Shown piece after piece: positions 1 through 13,800 of a DNA stretch of 64,000 nt (position 1 is its first letter; every line of letters begins with the position of its first letter). The translations under genes and the position numbers were made by a program. Origin of the DNA: Haplodiscus bocki (lineage: Eukaryota); the NCBI GenBank assembly GCA_965655095.1, contig OZ296654.1, forward strand, positions 15,934,001-15,998,000. The letters run 5' to 3'. The notes beneath the pieces are model-generated. The model did not search any database and was not told the origin of the DNA. It was given only the letters and a program-made list of their open reading frames with translations.

Positions 1-239
1 GTAATCCAGGAAAAATGAGTCAAGGAATTTCAAAGAGATGTAGATTTCGTGCAGAAATTTTGAATGGCATAAAAAATGCTGGAAAGAATTTCGAAAACCG
101 GAACTTTCGTTTCAACAAATGAAGTTTCAGGTTTAGTTGAACGTTATGCCAAAACATTCTTTTTGACAGTAGAACATGGTCTATGGAATAGTTGCTAAGT
201 TAATCATTCCCAAAAAATTCCAAAAGTTATATTTCGAAG

Positions 240-2381
240 ACGATGGTAATATTAAAAATAGGCCCCTGGCAGGGCCCCGAACATCAAAAACGATTGAATT
301 GTTGTTTGTAGATTACTTAGTCACCAAATTGTGGGATAAAATTGGCATTACGAACATTCTTAGTAGAGCAATTTTCACTTTGAGACGACTGGGCATACAA
401 ATACGCGTCTTCCACTCGTTTCAAAACCATTAAATGTAAATGTTGGACAAGGGCATCAGAAGGATTTGTAGACTCGAGAGCAGACAAACTATCAGTCGAA
501 ACGTCCGGTACGTTGGGATCTCGTCCGAAAACAATTTGATCAGGCGTAAAATCATCAATTGACGATAAGATATTCTTCAACGAGACGGCGTAGAGTATGC
601 ATGTGTCCAAGTTCAAATCACCCTTTTCAACCATTTTGTCTCCCAGTTCCCGAACAAGTTCATTGTTGAATTTTCGTCCATTATCGCCTGAAGTCCAACG
701 GGGGGGGGGGGGGCTCCAAATAGGCTAATCCATAAAAAAAATGAGCTTGCTAATTATTGAAACTTTTATGATCGCATAATACAAATTCAAATGAAGCGAC
801 TGTAAAGGTCGATCACGTGGAGATAATACACGTCGTTATCTATTTTATGGAGATCCATAGCAACAGTCTCGTTCAAATCGAAAGCCATTGGTAGGGGGGA
901 AACAATGCGCCTAGGAGCAGTCCTCTGATGTAGACAAACGTTAAAGCTTTGCAGAATTCGTCCCAAATTTTTGGCAGCTCTAAAATTGTTCTTACACTGC
1001 TTCAGAAAGTCAAACAACCTGGAACTCGGGCAATGTCCAAACTCAACATGGAACTTTTTGAGGGCTCTCAATCGTGAGTGAACCAATTTAAGTTTGAGAC
1101 GCTTCAAAATTTGGACTCAAATTTAAGTAAGTGAGCAGACGATGTTGTCTGTAAATTGACACATTTAACAGAAATGTCAGCAGTGTCTTCAGCCGAATCC
1201 AACTTGATGTTTGCAGATTCCAGTGAGGCTTTGCTCATCAATAATGTTAACATTTCTTGAACTACTTAGGTGCCAATTGTGCAGTTCTATTGGCAATTTC
1301 TGCAGGTATATGTACTTCTTGTTGCAAAGCTACATAGTGTCCGTCGCCAAATCTCAAATTTCGCTTCAGCTGATATGTCCTCACCGATTACTTCAGATCA
1401 TCTGGAAAATTAAACAAAGCTTTTTAGAGCCACTCAGAACCGGACACGATTTCAGATCAAGCTGTATCCAAAATGCCAATTCTAGTAGCGCACCAAAGAA
1501 ATACTTCCTCCCAAGCTGCTAGGGCGCGTCTTCCGCAAAAGGGGGACTGAGCTTCCAGCTGAAGCTTCCGGACACTTTGTTGCCCAGTGAAAACGAGATC
1601 TGCAGTTTCGACAAGTTGTCAATTTTCCCTTCATTTTTCGGATTGGAACAATTGATTTGGTGCTTGCCATAGTTGTTCCCCTCCCATTATTCGGTCTTTT
1701 TTGCCATTCCACAGCTAAAACTTTCGAGACTGTCGTTTCTTTCGCGCCGTCTCCAAATATACGTTGCATTGCCGATTTTACAAGATCTAATTCCAGTTCA
1801 TGAACTGCCGTTTTCACCATTAGTCGACCGAGTTTTCAAGTAACTTGCATGCCAGAATCCAGTCTGGGGGTTTCTTATCATATTTTTAAGCAATCTTTTG
1901 TTGTGACCGAAGAACTACATGCAGATGATGGTTCGATAGAACTGCTGCAACTTTTGGACCATGAACTTTTGAAAGACAGAACCTGAACTGTATTCAAGGG
2001 CGAGGACGACACCGGGTATGACTACACTTGAATATAATTATTTGCTTGAATTACAACACACATGCAAGTATAGTCATACCCGCGGTCCTGCTGGAACTCC
2101 TTGAATGCAAGTTAGGCTATCTTTCAAAAGTTCACGGTGTAAAAGTTGCAGTTTTGTCATACCATCATCTGCATGCAGTTCTTCGGTCACAAGGGTGAGA
2201 GCTGATGACCTGAGTGATCGATCCATCCATCCCGCAATGAAAGTAACACTGCCGGAGCTTGCTTATTCTTTTCCAAACTAGTTATCAGGATCAACATCTT
2301 CATTTCCGTCTTCCCAATTTCGTAATCCTTACCACCATCAAACAGAGGTGGGTTCTTATACCCCCGATTTCCAGTCGCCAT
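240..2381 (-). mobile_element. Decayed Ty1/Copia (GalEa-like) gag-pol: gag, CCHC knuckle, integrase
   Basis: ATG at 2381 opens MATGNRGYKNPPLFDGGKDYE...LEKNKQAPAVLLSL, typical of a GalEa-type gag N-terminus. Zinc knuckle CRNCRSRFHWATKC lies in ORF 1482-1820. Integrase motifs are HVEFGH and PMAFDLNETVAMDLH..YYLHVIDLYSRF (787-1107), with the rve C-terminus FTPDQIVFGRDPNVP (317-634). Integrase follows gag/protease directly, which is Copia order. Many stops and frameshifts. Confidence 0.8.
1901..2192. repeat. Imperfect ~130-bp inverted repeat (1901-2032 vs 2060-2192)
   Basis: ttgtgaccgaagaactacatgcagatgatgg...gggtatgactacacttg matches the reverse complement of caagtatagtcataccc...ccatcatctgcatgcagttcttcggtcacaa. 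Confidence 0.9.
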
Positions 2382-2387
2382 TAGTGA

Positions 2388-2542
2388 CCTCCTGCGACCA
2401 GTTATTGTCACCAGAAAAGTGTATTGTTCACCGTCTCGTGTCTCACTATTATTGTTAATGCCGGTTACACTTTTCATGGCCGGTACGCAGACACACATGA
2501 CAACAAACAACGCACATATAGAATTACATAATATCTTGGACA
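2388..2542 (-). repeat. Putative short Copia LTR (~2401-2542) plus PBS (2388-2400)
   Basis: On the minus strand: purine-rich aataagatagtgga, then TGTCC..., ending ...acaataac, followed by TGGTCGCAGGAGG (close to the tRNA-iMet PBS TGGTAGCAGAG) just before the gag ATG. No second LTR copy in the window to confirm the ends. Confidence 0.5.
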
Positions 2543-2749
2543 AGATCCACTATCTTATTAATTGACAAATAAATAAAACAATTCAGCGAAAATAGCAAAG
2601 TAGAAAAATATGGTATAGTGTTACGACATACATCAGTCAATTGGCCATTCAGAGTGATTGACAGCTTGTTCAGGTTAGAAAGTTAGAACATGTGCGTTAA
2701 AAAGAGACCTTAATCATTTGATTGGGGACAGAAAGTTTAAACGTTCAAA

Positions 2750-2990
2750 CTGTAGACAATTCAATACCACTGGAGAATCAGCGGGTTTTTTCGTCAAAGG
2801 GTCAGCCGACATTTCTTTACTGGAAACCCAAGCAACACCAGATAATTCTACAAAGATTTCCCTTGTAGCAGCGACGTCAAAACGAAGCCGCTTTCCTAGA
2901 ACACCATGAACTGAGAGTATCGTCTCTGCTAAAGATTTTTAGTCCGTGAAACAAGCAGGAATTGCCGTTGCAGAGGTAGGCGAAACACTT
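2750..2990 (-). pseudogene. Copia RNase H C-terminus of an upstream element copy
   Basis: Minus translation CFTD*KSLAETILSVHGVLGKRLRFDVAATREIF..VAWVSSKEMSADPLTKK matches the Copia RNase H end (TD.KSL / KRLR.D.A / ADxLTK). Confidence 0.75.
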
Positions 2991-4819
2991 TGAAGTACAT
3001 TTCTAACAAAATTCAGGAAGTCCAAGGGAGTTGTTTCCTAGTTTATTCGAACTTGCGGCATACGAATTGGCGCCGTATTCGAATTAAAGATGCAAAATTT
3101 AGTCCCATAAGATGCTTTAAGTCGCGGCTAACAATCCTATATAAATTGGAGATAGTCAACCGTGTCTCGGCTTCTCAAAACTATCAAATTTTTTGCGACG
3201 TCATTGCCGAATGACCGAAGCCAGCACACGTGAAAATAACAAGCCAATAAAAAGCTACATAAAACTCAGAGATACTGTTTCGGTTATGGCGTCATGATGA
3301 TCATGCCGAATGAAGACGGCGAGTGAGTTTCATTCATTCATTCAGCGTGATAAGTGACTGTCGAACCGAAAAGACCGGAATGGATCTTTAGAATGACTTG
3401 AAGTCGTTGAATATTTAATCAGTCGAACCGTAAGAAGGGTTTACTAGTCGCTGAAATGCGGTAATTCAATCATGTTTTTCCAGAGACATTCGCGATACCC
3501 TTGCATAAACTGAATAATTTCCGATAGAAATATTCCAGAACTTTCGCGATAATTTGGCGCACACCAAAAACTACGACAGCGGTAACAATGCATTTCACAT
3601 TTTTAAAACTATTTTGACGTTCATGGCGCATAATCGGCAGTGCTGAATAATCATGAGCAGCAGAAAATGAAGAGTCCAATGTGAGCAAGTAAACGTTCAC
3701 ACTTGCAGAGGTCTAATTGAAGTACGTAGGCAACGGATGCAAGCCACTACGTCTAAAAAAAGGACACGAGTTGTCTATAATATCGAATACTTTCGTCGGA
3801 TGAACATCACTCTAAATTGATCACAGGAGGCAACAAACAAACTTTTGGAGAACGGTCAAATTTCACACGATTTCAAAAAAAATCTTAAGCGAACGAAAGT
3901 AATTTCCTTTTTCGTGGGGAATATGAGTGTTTTTGGAAGAGTATTGGTGCTCTCTGCATGTGATGTGGATCAACCCCAGACCATCGTCCTCATCGAGCCC
4001 GATGACTGAACGCTATTGTCATTATTTAATAACTCTGCTTGGTAAATAAAAATTTCCAGCACTTGAAAGCACCCCGAGAGTACTAAATGATTCTATCAAC
4101 ACATAAAGCTACAGCTTTATGAATAATAAAACTGAATCGATAAAATAAAATTGAGGCCTTAGCTGACCACTTATTTAAAGTCGCCAATTTTAGTATCAAA
4201 AACTTCGACTGTTTCAGACTTCGTAAAACTTTTAGCACTACTACCTTTCTGGGTTTTCTCCAGAGCCCCTTTTCATATCAAATTTTCCAAAACACTCAAG
4301 AGTCCCCATTGCGACTTTTTCAACGCTTCTTCGTCGAATTTTCTAAAACCACCAATCGTTCGTGATTACACCCCTGTATGCTGATGTTTTTCAAAAACCT
4401 ACGTTTTTGACACTTGGAGACAAAACTGCTCTGAGATGGCCGAATTTCGCGCACGGCTGATGATCACCTCCAATTGTAAGATAAACTCGAGTACATATCT
4501 TTTACAATCGATACATGCACAGAAGACAAAATTCATTTGGATTAACCGACCTGCAAGACTGGTTATCAAGAAAAAGAAATAATGGTTTCAAAATCAAACG
4601 CAAGCTGGGGGCTTGAATGCGTATTTCTCAACAAAATGTCACAAAAGTCCACGAAAAAATCATTCCGAGTCATTTTCAATATTTCAAATTGAACTCCTAC
4701 AGTGTGAAAAACAAGCGGAGGGTACACAAATAATTCAATTATACCTTCATAAATATAAATTTCATAATTTAATTAATCTTTTGGTTCAATATTTAATATA
4801 TAACCATTATTGGTTTCAA

Positions 4820-7800
4820 TTAATGCTTCATGATAAATACGGACAGTAGACACAGAAGTCCTTCGACTATCGCAGACAAGTAGAAGGACCACTGGATAAA
4901 AGTTTTACCAAATATTCCGGCAAGGACACTGGCAACAGACCATATTCCGTTGTAGGCCATGTTCTGCACCATGATAAGTTTGGATTGGTGTTGCTTCTCG
5001 TGGCTGCATTCTTCCACAAAAACGGACATTGACCCCAACAGAATTGTACGGGCAATTCCTTGAATCGAGACAGGCCTCGCAACTTGGAGCACAATATCAA
5101 GGAAAACCTCTATTCTCTCAATTCTTGGAAGTTTTGAAGAAGTTTCGTTTTCAAAAGTTATCGTTTTTTTATTGGAAATCTCCAAAAATCAAGAAACCTT
5201 TCAAAGTTCGATGCTTTTTGAGTTCCTTAACTATGGAAAAACATCCCATGAAAAGCAGCAAAATCATTAGAGTTGCAAGTTAACGAAAAACGAGTTAAAT
5301 TTTAAATTTATGAGAAAACTTCAAAATATTCATGAAAAAAATTGAAAGCAGAAATAGTTCAAAATATTCATGAAAAAAATTGAAAGCAGAAATAGTTCAA
5401 AATATTCATGGAAAAAATTGAAAGCAGAAATAGTTGATTTTTTTCCTTCTGTGAACATTTCAGTGTTCCTCCTTTTGATGATACTCAGTGCGCAAAACAA
5501 TGTTTTTAGATACTTGGAGTGATCTCACAATTTTCCGAAAAGTAAAAGTGCGTAGATAATTGCTCCTTTTGCATTTATATTCTTCGAGGAAAGGTTTGAA
5601 TCCAAGGATTAAATTGAATTGAAAATGACTCACGAATAATTAATTTATAAATAAATCACACGAGAGTTAAACCTAACAACTTTGACCACAAGTTTTGGCA
5701 ACAAGTTTATTTTTTTGGCTTGACTCTCCTCTATTGAGGATTGAGGATTTTCAAGACAATCCAATTTCTACAGAATCTAACAAGCACTAATTTTCTTTGA
5801 AGACACCTGCGTGCCGCTTCTACCAACAATATTTGTCTGTTCAACATTTGATACATGATTGATGTTAACTCTCTTTTGGTTTTATTCATTTGAAACTGAA
5901 TGCATGAAAAGTTCATTTTGACAGAGACTTAATATTGTATAATCAATGTCCATGAAATACAATATTATTCATTGGCAAATTGTTTTTCAAACAAAAATGA
6001 AGCCTGCCTATGATGGTAACAAAGGTGGCAGCAAATAGTCCTGAGGGGGCAAAGGGTAGCACCAGGTTGAAGAGTGAGAGGAATGCGAGACAGAAACAAG
6101 TGTGACTCTTCAGACTGAGTCGAAGCACCTTCCACGTAAGGAAAGACACGACAGGGTAACACAAGGACGACACACACGGAATGATGCAGAAATATTGCAT
6201 TGCTTCATCTTTACTGAAACACAAACACAAATCGATCGTACAAGATTATGGAAAGTAAATAAGTAAGACATGTTCCAGCTCTTGTTTCGGCGTTATAAAC
6301 TCTCCACGAATTGACTCCCAAGTTTCCTGGTAAGGTTAGACCCTACATTAGCAAAAATGTAGTTTCTTCCGAGAATATTACAAGATTCGTCCAGCAACAT
6401 ACTTCTTGCAAGATAATGCAATCCTTTAGGGATTCTAGAAAGTCAATACAATTCTTGCAAGATTGTTCCAGGCAACAAACTTTTTGCAAGACTCTCTCAG
6501 GTAATACATTTCTTGCAAGATACTCAATCTTGCAAGATATCTATTATTTGCAAGAATCTTGCAGCAATAATGCATTCTAATCCAAGATTTCGCAATAACC
6601 AAGTAGGAGATATATCTTTCCTCAACTAGAGGATGCGTGTTCGTTCTAACTTCTTCTTGTGCCGTATCAATTGACATCGACAATCACTAGTTGTCTCTGA
6701 TTAGCTCTTCTGACGTCCTCGCTCTTTTCTAAACCAGTCCAAGCTTTGATTTGGCCCACCACTTTCCATTTCTGTCATTCTCGTGATTTCTTGCCGTTAA
6801 TTTTTCCCGTTATCACCAAATACTCCAATTCTTTTTTCAACACATGTCCAAAAAAATTGACTTGATTGGCCACCTATCCGCGGAGAGATCTTCTGTATTT
6901 GGTGACTCGGAGGACATCTTCATTTCTCACTTTCGCTGTCCAATTGATTTTCATCATTCGTCTCGAACCACATTTCTGTAGCATCAATTTTAAGCCTCAG
7001 TATTTTTCAAGAGAGTACGATTCACACCCATAGAGCAGTATCGGGTAAATATAACATTTGAGTATTCTGAACCGCAGCTTAAAAGGTATCGTTAGGTTCC
7101 AGACTGCACCTTCATGTTACTGAAAGCGCTTTTGACCATTGCTACTCGGGTTGTCAGCTCTTTGACATCTACCATCGGATGTTATCAAAGATCCTAGGTA
7201 TTTGAAGAACTAACATAATCCAAAGAGAAACCATCGAACTGAGCACATACGTCCGAAGCCTCATTGTCTTTTGAGATTCTCGTGATCTTTGTCTTGATTG
7301 TCTTGATTTCCATGTCGAATTTTGACATCTTTCATTCACACAGTTCAAAAGGTTCTGTGCATCTTGCAAATTCCTCGCGATCAGGACTGTCTCATCTGCA
7401 TACTGAATGTCTGTAAAGTTGTTTCCATGTACATTCACACTTGGGTAATCATCCAGACGCCTTACAATGACGTCAGTACAGGTTAAACAAATCGGGTGAC
7501 AACGTATCCTTGACGAACACCTCCTCCAATTGATAGAGACTTCGCAGGCCATTCTCGTGTTTGACAACTGCGTCTTGTTGGAAGAATAGATTCTATGAGA
7601 GTATCACACAGGCCGAGATCGGTTACGATTTCACACAATAGACTGAGCTGTACTTGATCGAAAGCCTTGCTGTAAGCAACGAAACATCCGTCGAGTTTGC
7701 TATTCAATTCTATCATACGTTTACTCAACCCATGAAGTAGAAAGGTGCATTCCTTGTACCTCTCATGCATGAAGCCGAACTGGTTTGCTTTCATTTCATT

Positions 7801-10800
7801 CTGTATTGTTGCTCGCATTTGATTTATGAGAATTTGCAGCAAAATTATTATTGTTAAACGTCCGATTCATGAGGCTAGACGGTCGATGGTCTTCGCATTT
7901 TGTCGCCTAGCGATTTTGGTAAAAGGAGGAAAATTGACCGCCTGAAGTCATTGAGAAGGGAACCAGTTTCGTACCAAAAGTTGAAAATCGAAATGAGCCC
8001 CTCAACTGCTGGGCCACTCAAGAATTTGAAAATTTCACCTGCAATCTCGTCTGGCCCACGTGCTTTGACATTTTCCATTTTCCTTATAGCTTCTTGGTTT
8101 CAAAATAAGTAACTTCAAGATAGGTTCAGCTGACAGAAGGCAAAAAAATTTCAGAGCTGAAGACGTTCTCTAAAGATACGCGGATAGCTTGCCGATGCAC
8201 TGCTCCCATCATTTCATGACATCCTCTCCGTCAAAAATCTGTTTTCTTTTTCTAGAATTCCACACTATATCGGGCTATTTTGTTACCCATGATTTCCCCA
8301 ATTCGTTTGTGGCATTCTTTGTGTTGGCTCTCTAGCTGTTAATTTCTTCGCGCTTCTGATCCAGGTATTAGCATTTAGCAAGATCACATGCCCGGCGAGA
8401 TTTAAAAACTTGTACCTAACTGTTTTCTTTTTCGCTGATTGACGTGCCTCCATCAACTCAAGTTTATGATCATTCATCCAACTTTTTTAAGCACTGGAAC
8501 AGATTTCTGTTGGAGCGACGTGCAATACAAAGGCTAGCGAGTTCAGATTTCCCTGTTCTTGTAACTGTCAGGGTTTTTTTCCAGCTTCCTCAGCCAGACC
8601 TACCCGGACATCACAAGGAACGTTCTGATTGTTAGACCTTTTCTGCAGACGGGGTTGAACGTTCTTCAATTTCATATCTATAGTCATAACATCAGGTATG
8701 TCGTCGCAGCCGCAGACTGCACTGGGATATTTTGCAACTTCGTTATTGCTCTTTGAAAGCCCTGATCGACAGAAAGTCGATTTGATAACGGCATTTACCA
8801 ACTGGGCTTATCCAACTCAAAAAGGAGTTGGATTGATCATTTTCAAAGAGCAAAGCAGAATTCCTCAATTTTTTGGGAATTAAGGTTCGTTTTACCAGTC
8901 ACACCAAAAAGTTACTGAAGCAGAAACTAGCATGTAATCGAACGAGTGGCAGTTTTATGAGATTGATTTCTCCAAACACAGTGGTTGTTTTAGGAAAATG
9001 TCAGCTCCAGAAAACCACTGAAGACATTTACTAATAAGTACGTAGTAACTACGAATTCTCAGAAAGCGCAAATATGAGTAGTGTTGAAATCTTGAAGAAT
9101 CGACTAAATTGAGCCGAGCCAATCTTCAGACACCGTGGAAAAAGTGAAACAACTGGCGATACTATACGAAACAACTGCATAAAAATTACCCCAACAGGAA
9201 AATATAAGCCTACATTTGCCGGAAAGTTTCCATGAGTATATAAATAGTGGCATGAAAATTTTGAACAATTCCAATGAAAACGAGCGGAGCCCCACAATAC
9301 CCCATATCAATTCTAGATACCTTGTTTTGAAAAACTCAAGCAAATTTCAGATCGATTTAAGTGCTCGAGTATCAATATTTTCCTTTTTCAATAAAGCAAA
9401 GTCGTAAACGTCGCAATTATTTTCAAACAAGTGAGGAATGACTCTTGAATCGTCTATTGAACCCCACAAAGCTTGGAATGAGATCTCGTTGTCATGATTG
9501 ACCGAAATAGAAATCATCAACAGCCAAATTGAGACGGTATACGGTTTTGAAGAGTGCAAAAAAATCGGGGAAAAATCTCTCCTGCCAATTTGTAGGAAAT
9601 TTCAAGAAAACTAGCAGAAGGCCACAGAATCCTAACATGTATTCAAAAGAATTTCAAAAGTGCACACAAGCTTCAGACCGATTGATTATTCAGGTTTCAA
9701 CATATACCCTATTGAAAGATGCCAAATCTAGGCAAAGGGAGCAACTTTTCTAGTCCTTCGAGGTAAAAAGAGGTCGAACAAAAAATGTTGGTAAAACATA
9801 CTTCATAAAACCTACCATCGAGTCTTTCTTCTTTGCTCACAGGAGAATCTAGTTCGTTGCCCACCGATATGGAATGATATACCGTAGTGAACCCAGCAAA
9901 GTGAAAAACTTCTGCAACGATCCGTTTTTTTGACATTTTGTGGTAGAAACTTCCACCAAAGACAAGAGAATTTTGACAACCCAACAAACTTAACTTTTCT
10001 CCAGTTGTTTTGCTCAAGCAAAGTTGAGATCGATGGAACACTTCGATGCTAAAGTTTTGACATTTCGAACATAAACTGGGGGCTAAAGTAGGAATTTTAG
10101 TTTTCTAATAAAGTATTCGGAACACTTCGATGCGGTGTAGGACGTGTCATAAAGCTTAAAAATTGGGCCCTCCTGTTGTGCTCAGACGAGAGTCGTGTTT
10201 ACCAACTTGAAATGCACAAGGTTCCGAAGACGGCACACCAAATTGGTTTTTTACCTATTTCCGAAAACTTCAATGAAAAGTAGAACGCCACAAAAAGCAA
10301 AGATCAGTCTCCAACTTATTTTCATAAAAAACAACACAGATCAAGCGAGGCTCGAACACCAAAGGTCAAGACCATTTTCAAGTTAAATGATCGCGCGACC
10401 AAAAGTTTCCTCCGCTTTAGGGAAGTGCTACGTTTTTGATTAACTAACCATCAACAACCAAGTCGGCGAGCCCCCCCCCCCCCCCTCCCGGCTCAATATT
10501 TTCTTGGCGGACCCTTGATGTTTTCAAATCTTTTTCTTTCTGAAAAATTCACAACCTTTCCGTAAATTCCTCAGGAAATTTTCACTTTGAAGTTGCACGA
10601 AAAACGGGATAACCAGTAGCCTGTTTGCATTGGGTATCAATAAAAAAAAGTTGACAATTTTTCGGTGTGGGAGACAATAGATGTTTTGGATCCAAGGCCA
10701 ATTTTCTTTCCAAAAAAACGTATTGCGTATCAGATTTTTTTTGATATTTGTCTGCTCGAAATTTTTCAATTTGAAAAGGGGTATCACATTTTTTTTCCGT

Positions 10801-13800
10801 TTTTTGCCGCTTCGAGAACAATTAGTGCAAAAATTCACCGTGGTATTTGCTAAAAAGGGAAAAAAATTATCTTCTATTGCAAAATGTAACAGCTCTTTCC
10901 TGTTTTACGCTTTGGATAGCCTTTGCTGCATTCTAGGTCTGTATCCCATATAAAATGTGTGGGTACTAAAAATGTCATAACAGTAGCAAGCTGTCAACTT
11001 GAAAAAACTACGTACTACTATAGTTGGGCTTCTTAGTATATCTAAAGCACCGACTAAAAAAAGCTGAATCACTGTAATCCGCATTGAAATATTATCATTA
11101 CAACGTAATCCTCAACATCATAGCTTCGCGGAAAGTCGGCTAGATGTGACTTTTACGTTGTGCTGTATCGCCTAAGACTTGAAGGGCTAAAGTACAAAAA
11201 GTCCGTAAAAAATAGCCGACACTACAATTTTTGCATCAACTCTACCGCACTATTTTGGACAAGATTTTGAAAAATATAGAAAATTTCTGAATCTTACATT
11301 TCGTTTCGAATTAAGCTACAGGTGTAAGCACCCAGGTGATTCAAAAAAACTTCGGGGAGGTCGCAAATTAGTCAATTGTGTTGCCTCGAAAATAGCAAGA
11401 AGGAAATTTTCTTGCGAAAATACTAGTTTTCCATGGAAATCAACAAAAACAACTTTCAAATCGATTTTAATTGCACGCGTAGCTGGAAACTGCACTACAG
11501 AAAAGAATCAGTTAAAACTTCTCAGTTGCTTTACAGCACCGAGAAAAAGACTGCAAAAAGGTGTGTACTACTTTTACAATATTGCCAAATATGTTTTGGT
11601 ATCGTCTTCGTTGAGACTAGAAGCTAGAATACTGACATGAGCTGAAGACCAAAAGACGCAACTTCTGGGAAAAACTGAAGTAACAAATTTTGGCAACAAG
11701 AACAAACTTTGACTTTCAAACACCCAAAAAACCAATTTGAAAAATTTATCACATTGTACAACAATAAGCCTGATGGGTAGTCACAAAGTTTGTTTGGAAG
11801 GAGAACAGTGGAAAATCGCGAAGCTGGCTACTCTTCGTTTACTTTTAAGCCACTGCAAAACCTGCAACGTCAAAATTTTCAAAAATTCAGTTGTCTTTTT
11901 TCTTTTCCTTCATTTGTGCTGGTGACGTATCAGTTTAGACCTGTTCTGAAATGCGAATGAACGGCGAGATGCAAAAAATTGAAGACTGGCCAAAATAACT
12001 TTTTAGCCTACTTTAAAATAGTAAATTTTTAAAACTGTCAAGTATGAAGATAATTTTCAGAATTTACCATTTCGCATTCATTTATGCAGTATCGACGGAA
12101 AGAAACGATAATTCACGAGACAAAAGAGCAAAATTTTTTGAAGAAACGCAAAGTTTTCCCATTTCCCACCGAAAAAAAAACGGAAACGTTTTTCCAGCAT
12201 AAAACGCAAAAAAATCTTACACGTTGCTATTAAATTAGCTCAATTGAATGCGAAAAACTGATTTGAAAGAGACGATATTGTTCAGAAAAAATAGCTAGTT
12301 TGGCGAATTTTATCAGAATAAATATCGTAGCCCACTAGCGTCCGTACGTTGCGGCCACCTGATTTAACTGGCATACGATGCATTGTATTCAAAGCGTTGT
12401 TTTGCAAATGCAGGCAAATGTAATAAAGCAAGGTGAGGGCTCCGTAACAAAAAGTCAGGCAGAAGTGTCCGAGTACGCTGACGACACGTAGGTCATTGTG
12501 TCCGATTATGCTGATTCCTGTCTGAAAAAGGACAACGTCGCAGTTAAAATAATCTGCCTTCGGCTTCGCAAAGATCAAGTCAATTGAATGGTCAGATGTC
12601 AATACAATGGGTGATCCAAAGTCTGGATCAAAGAGGAAAAACTCAAATAAACCGAGAAACATTTTTCAAAAAAGTTACTTCAGAGAAATGTAGAAACAAA
12701 ACTGTCTCGAAATTTCACGGCAAATATAAGGATGCTTTCATTTCTGAGATCACTTAATTTTTGGACTTTTAGTACTTTCCGTTCTTGCCATTTTCACTCG
12801 AATTGAACCTCATAAAATAGTAACTCAAATGTTACTAAATGTATTGGGATTCAAATCTTCTTCATGTTTTCAAATTCAAATTTACACTTTTCGCGGAAAC
12901 ACTTCTCTATAGCAAACTGTTTGGCAAGAATGTTTTCCTGCACAACGTGAGTTTTTTTCTATGCGAAAATCTGGCCATAGTGATCTGAGAGATTTTGATT
13001 TCGTTGACGTCTCGATGGAGGAGCACTTCTCCAAAGAGTGTTAAAAAAGTTGAAAATCTAGAACATTTGAATTTTCCAAATTATCATATTTGTTTCCAAA
13101 AATGGTTTTACTGATTGAGTTTTTTACATTTGAAGTAGAATTTCGGCGAGGAAGGCAAAAACGGAGAGGGTGAAAAAATCCTTAAAAATTAGGCAATCTT
13201 AGAAATGAAAACATCTCGATTTTGCCGCAAAAAATCTTGTTCCAACAACATGTCGTTAAACTTACATTACTCATAATGAATACTTTTTGGTTTCTCTCAC
13301 TTCATATTCATCAATCACCCACTATATATACAAGTTTGAAAAGCGCAAGATCTTTCAACGCAGAGACGTAGCACAAATTCGCAACACACTCTCAGTGCTT
13401 ACTTGAGATAAGGGATGAACAGTACATATCATAGATTTTGAGATACATTTAAAGCCATAACTGGAGACATGATTGACCCTTTTAGTGACGGTGAAACATA
13501 TTTCAATCAAGTATTTGTTCGAAAACGTAGACATGCGTGAAGCACCTATCGTAGTGTTTCATACTCAAACATTCGATCTGTCAATCAAGTCTTTAATTAA
13601 CGTTATTTTAGAGCCCAATGCTCAAGAAATTGAACATTTTACAACGCGACAACGAAGTAGTACCTGTCAGTATGACTCATCCAAAATGTTGATACCAAAT
13701 ATGCCTTTTAGGACGCTGATGTTCAATTGCTGCGAACAATGTTTGAATAAAAAGGTTAATTAAATTCAGTACTGCATCTACAAGTATCGATGAACTAAGC

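Noticed and set aside
699-713. Poly-G/C runs (also ~10470 and ~18086) as regulatory G-quadruplexes
   Set aside because: Simple homopolymer slippage inside repeats, with no supporting context.
12282-12662. 126-aa ORF as an extra exon of the MFS-like gene
   Set aside because: Exons 2 and 3 already join in phase; no recognisable motif or convincing splice pair.
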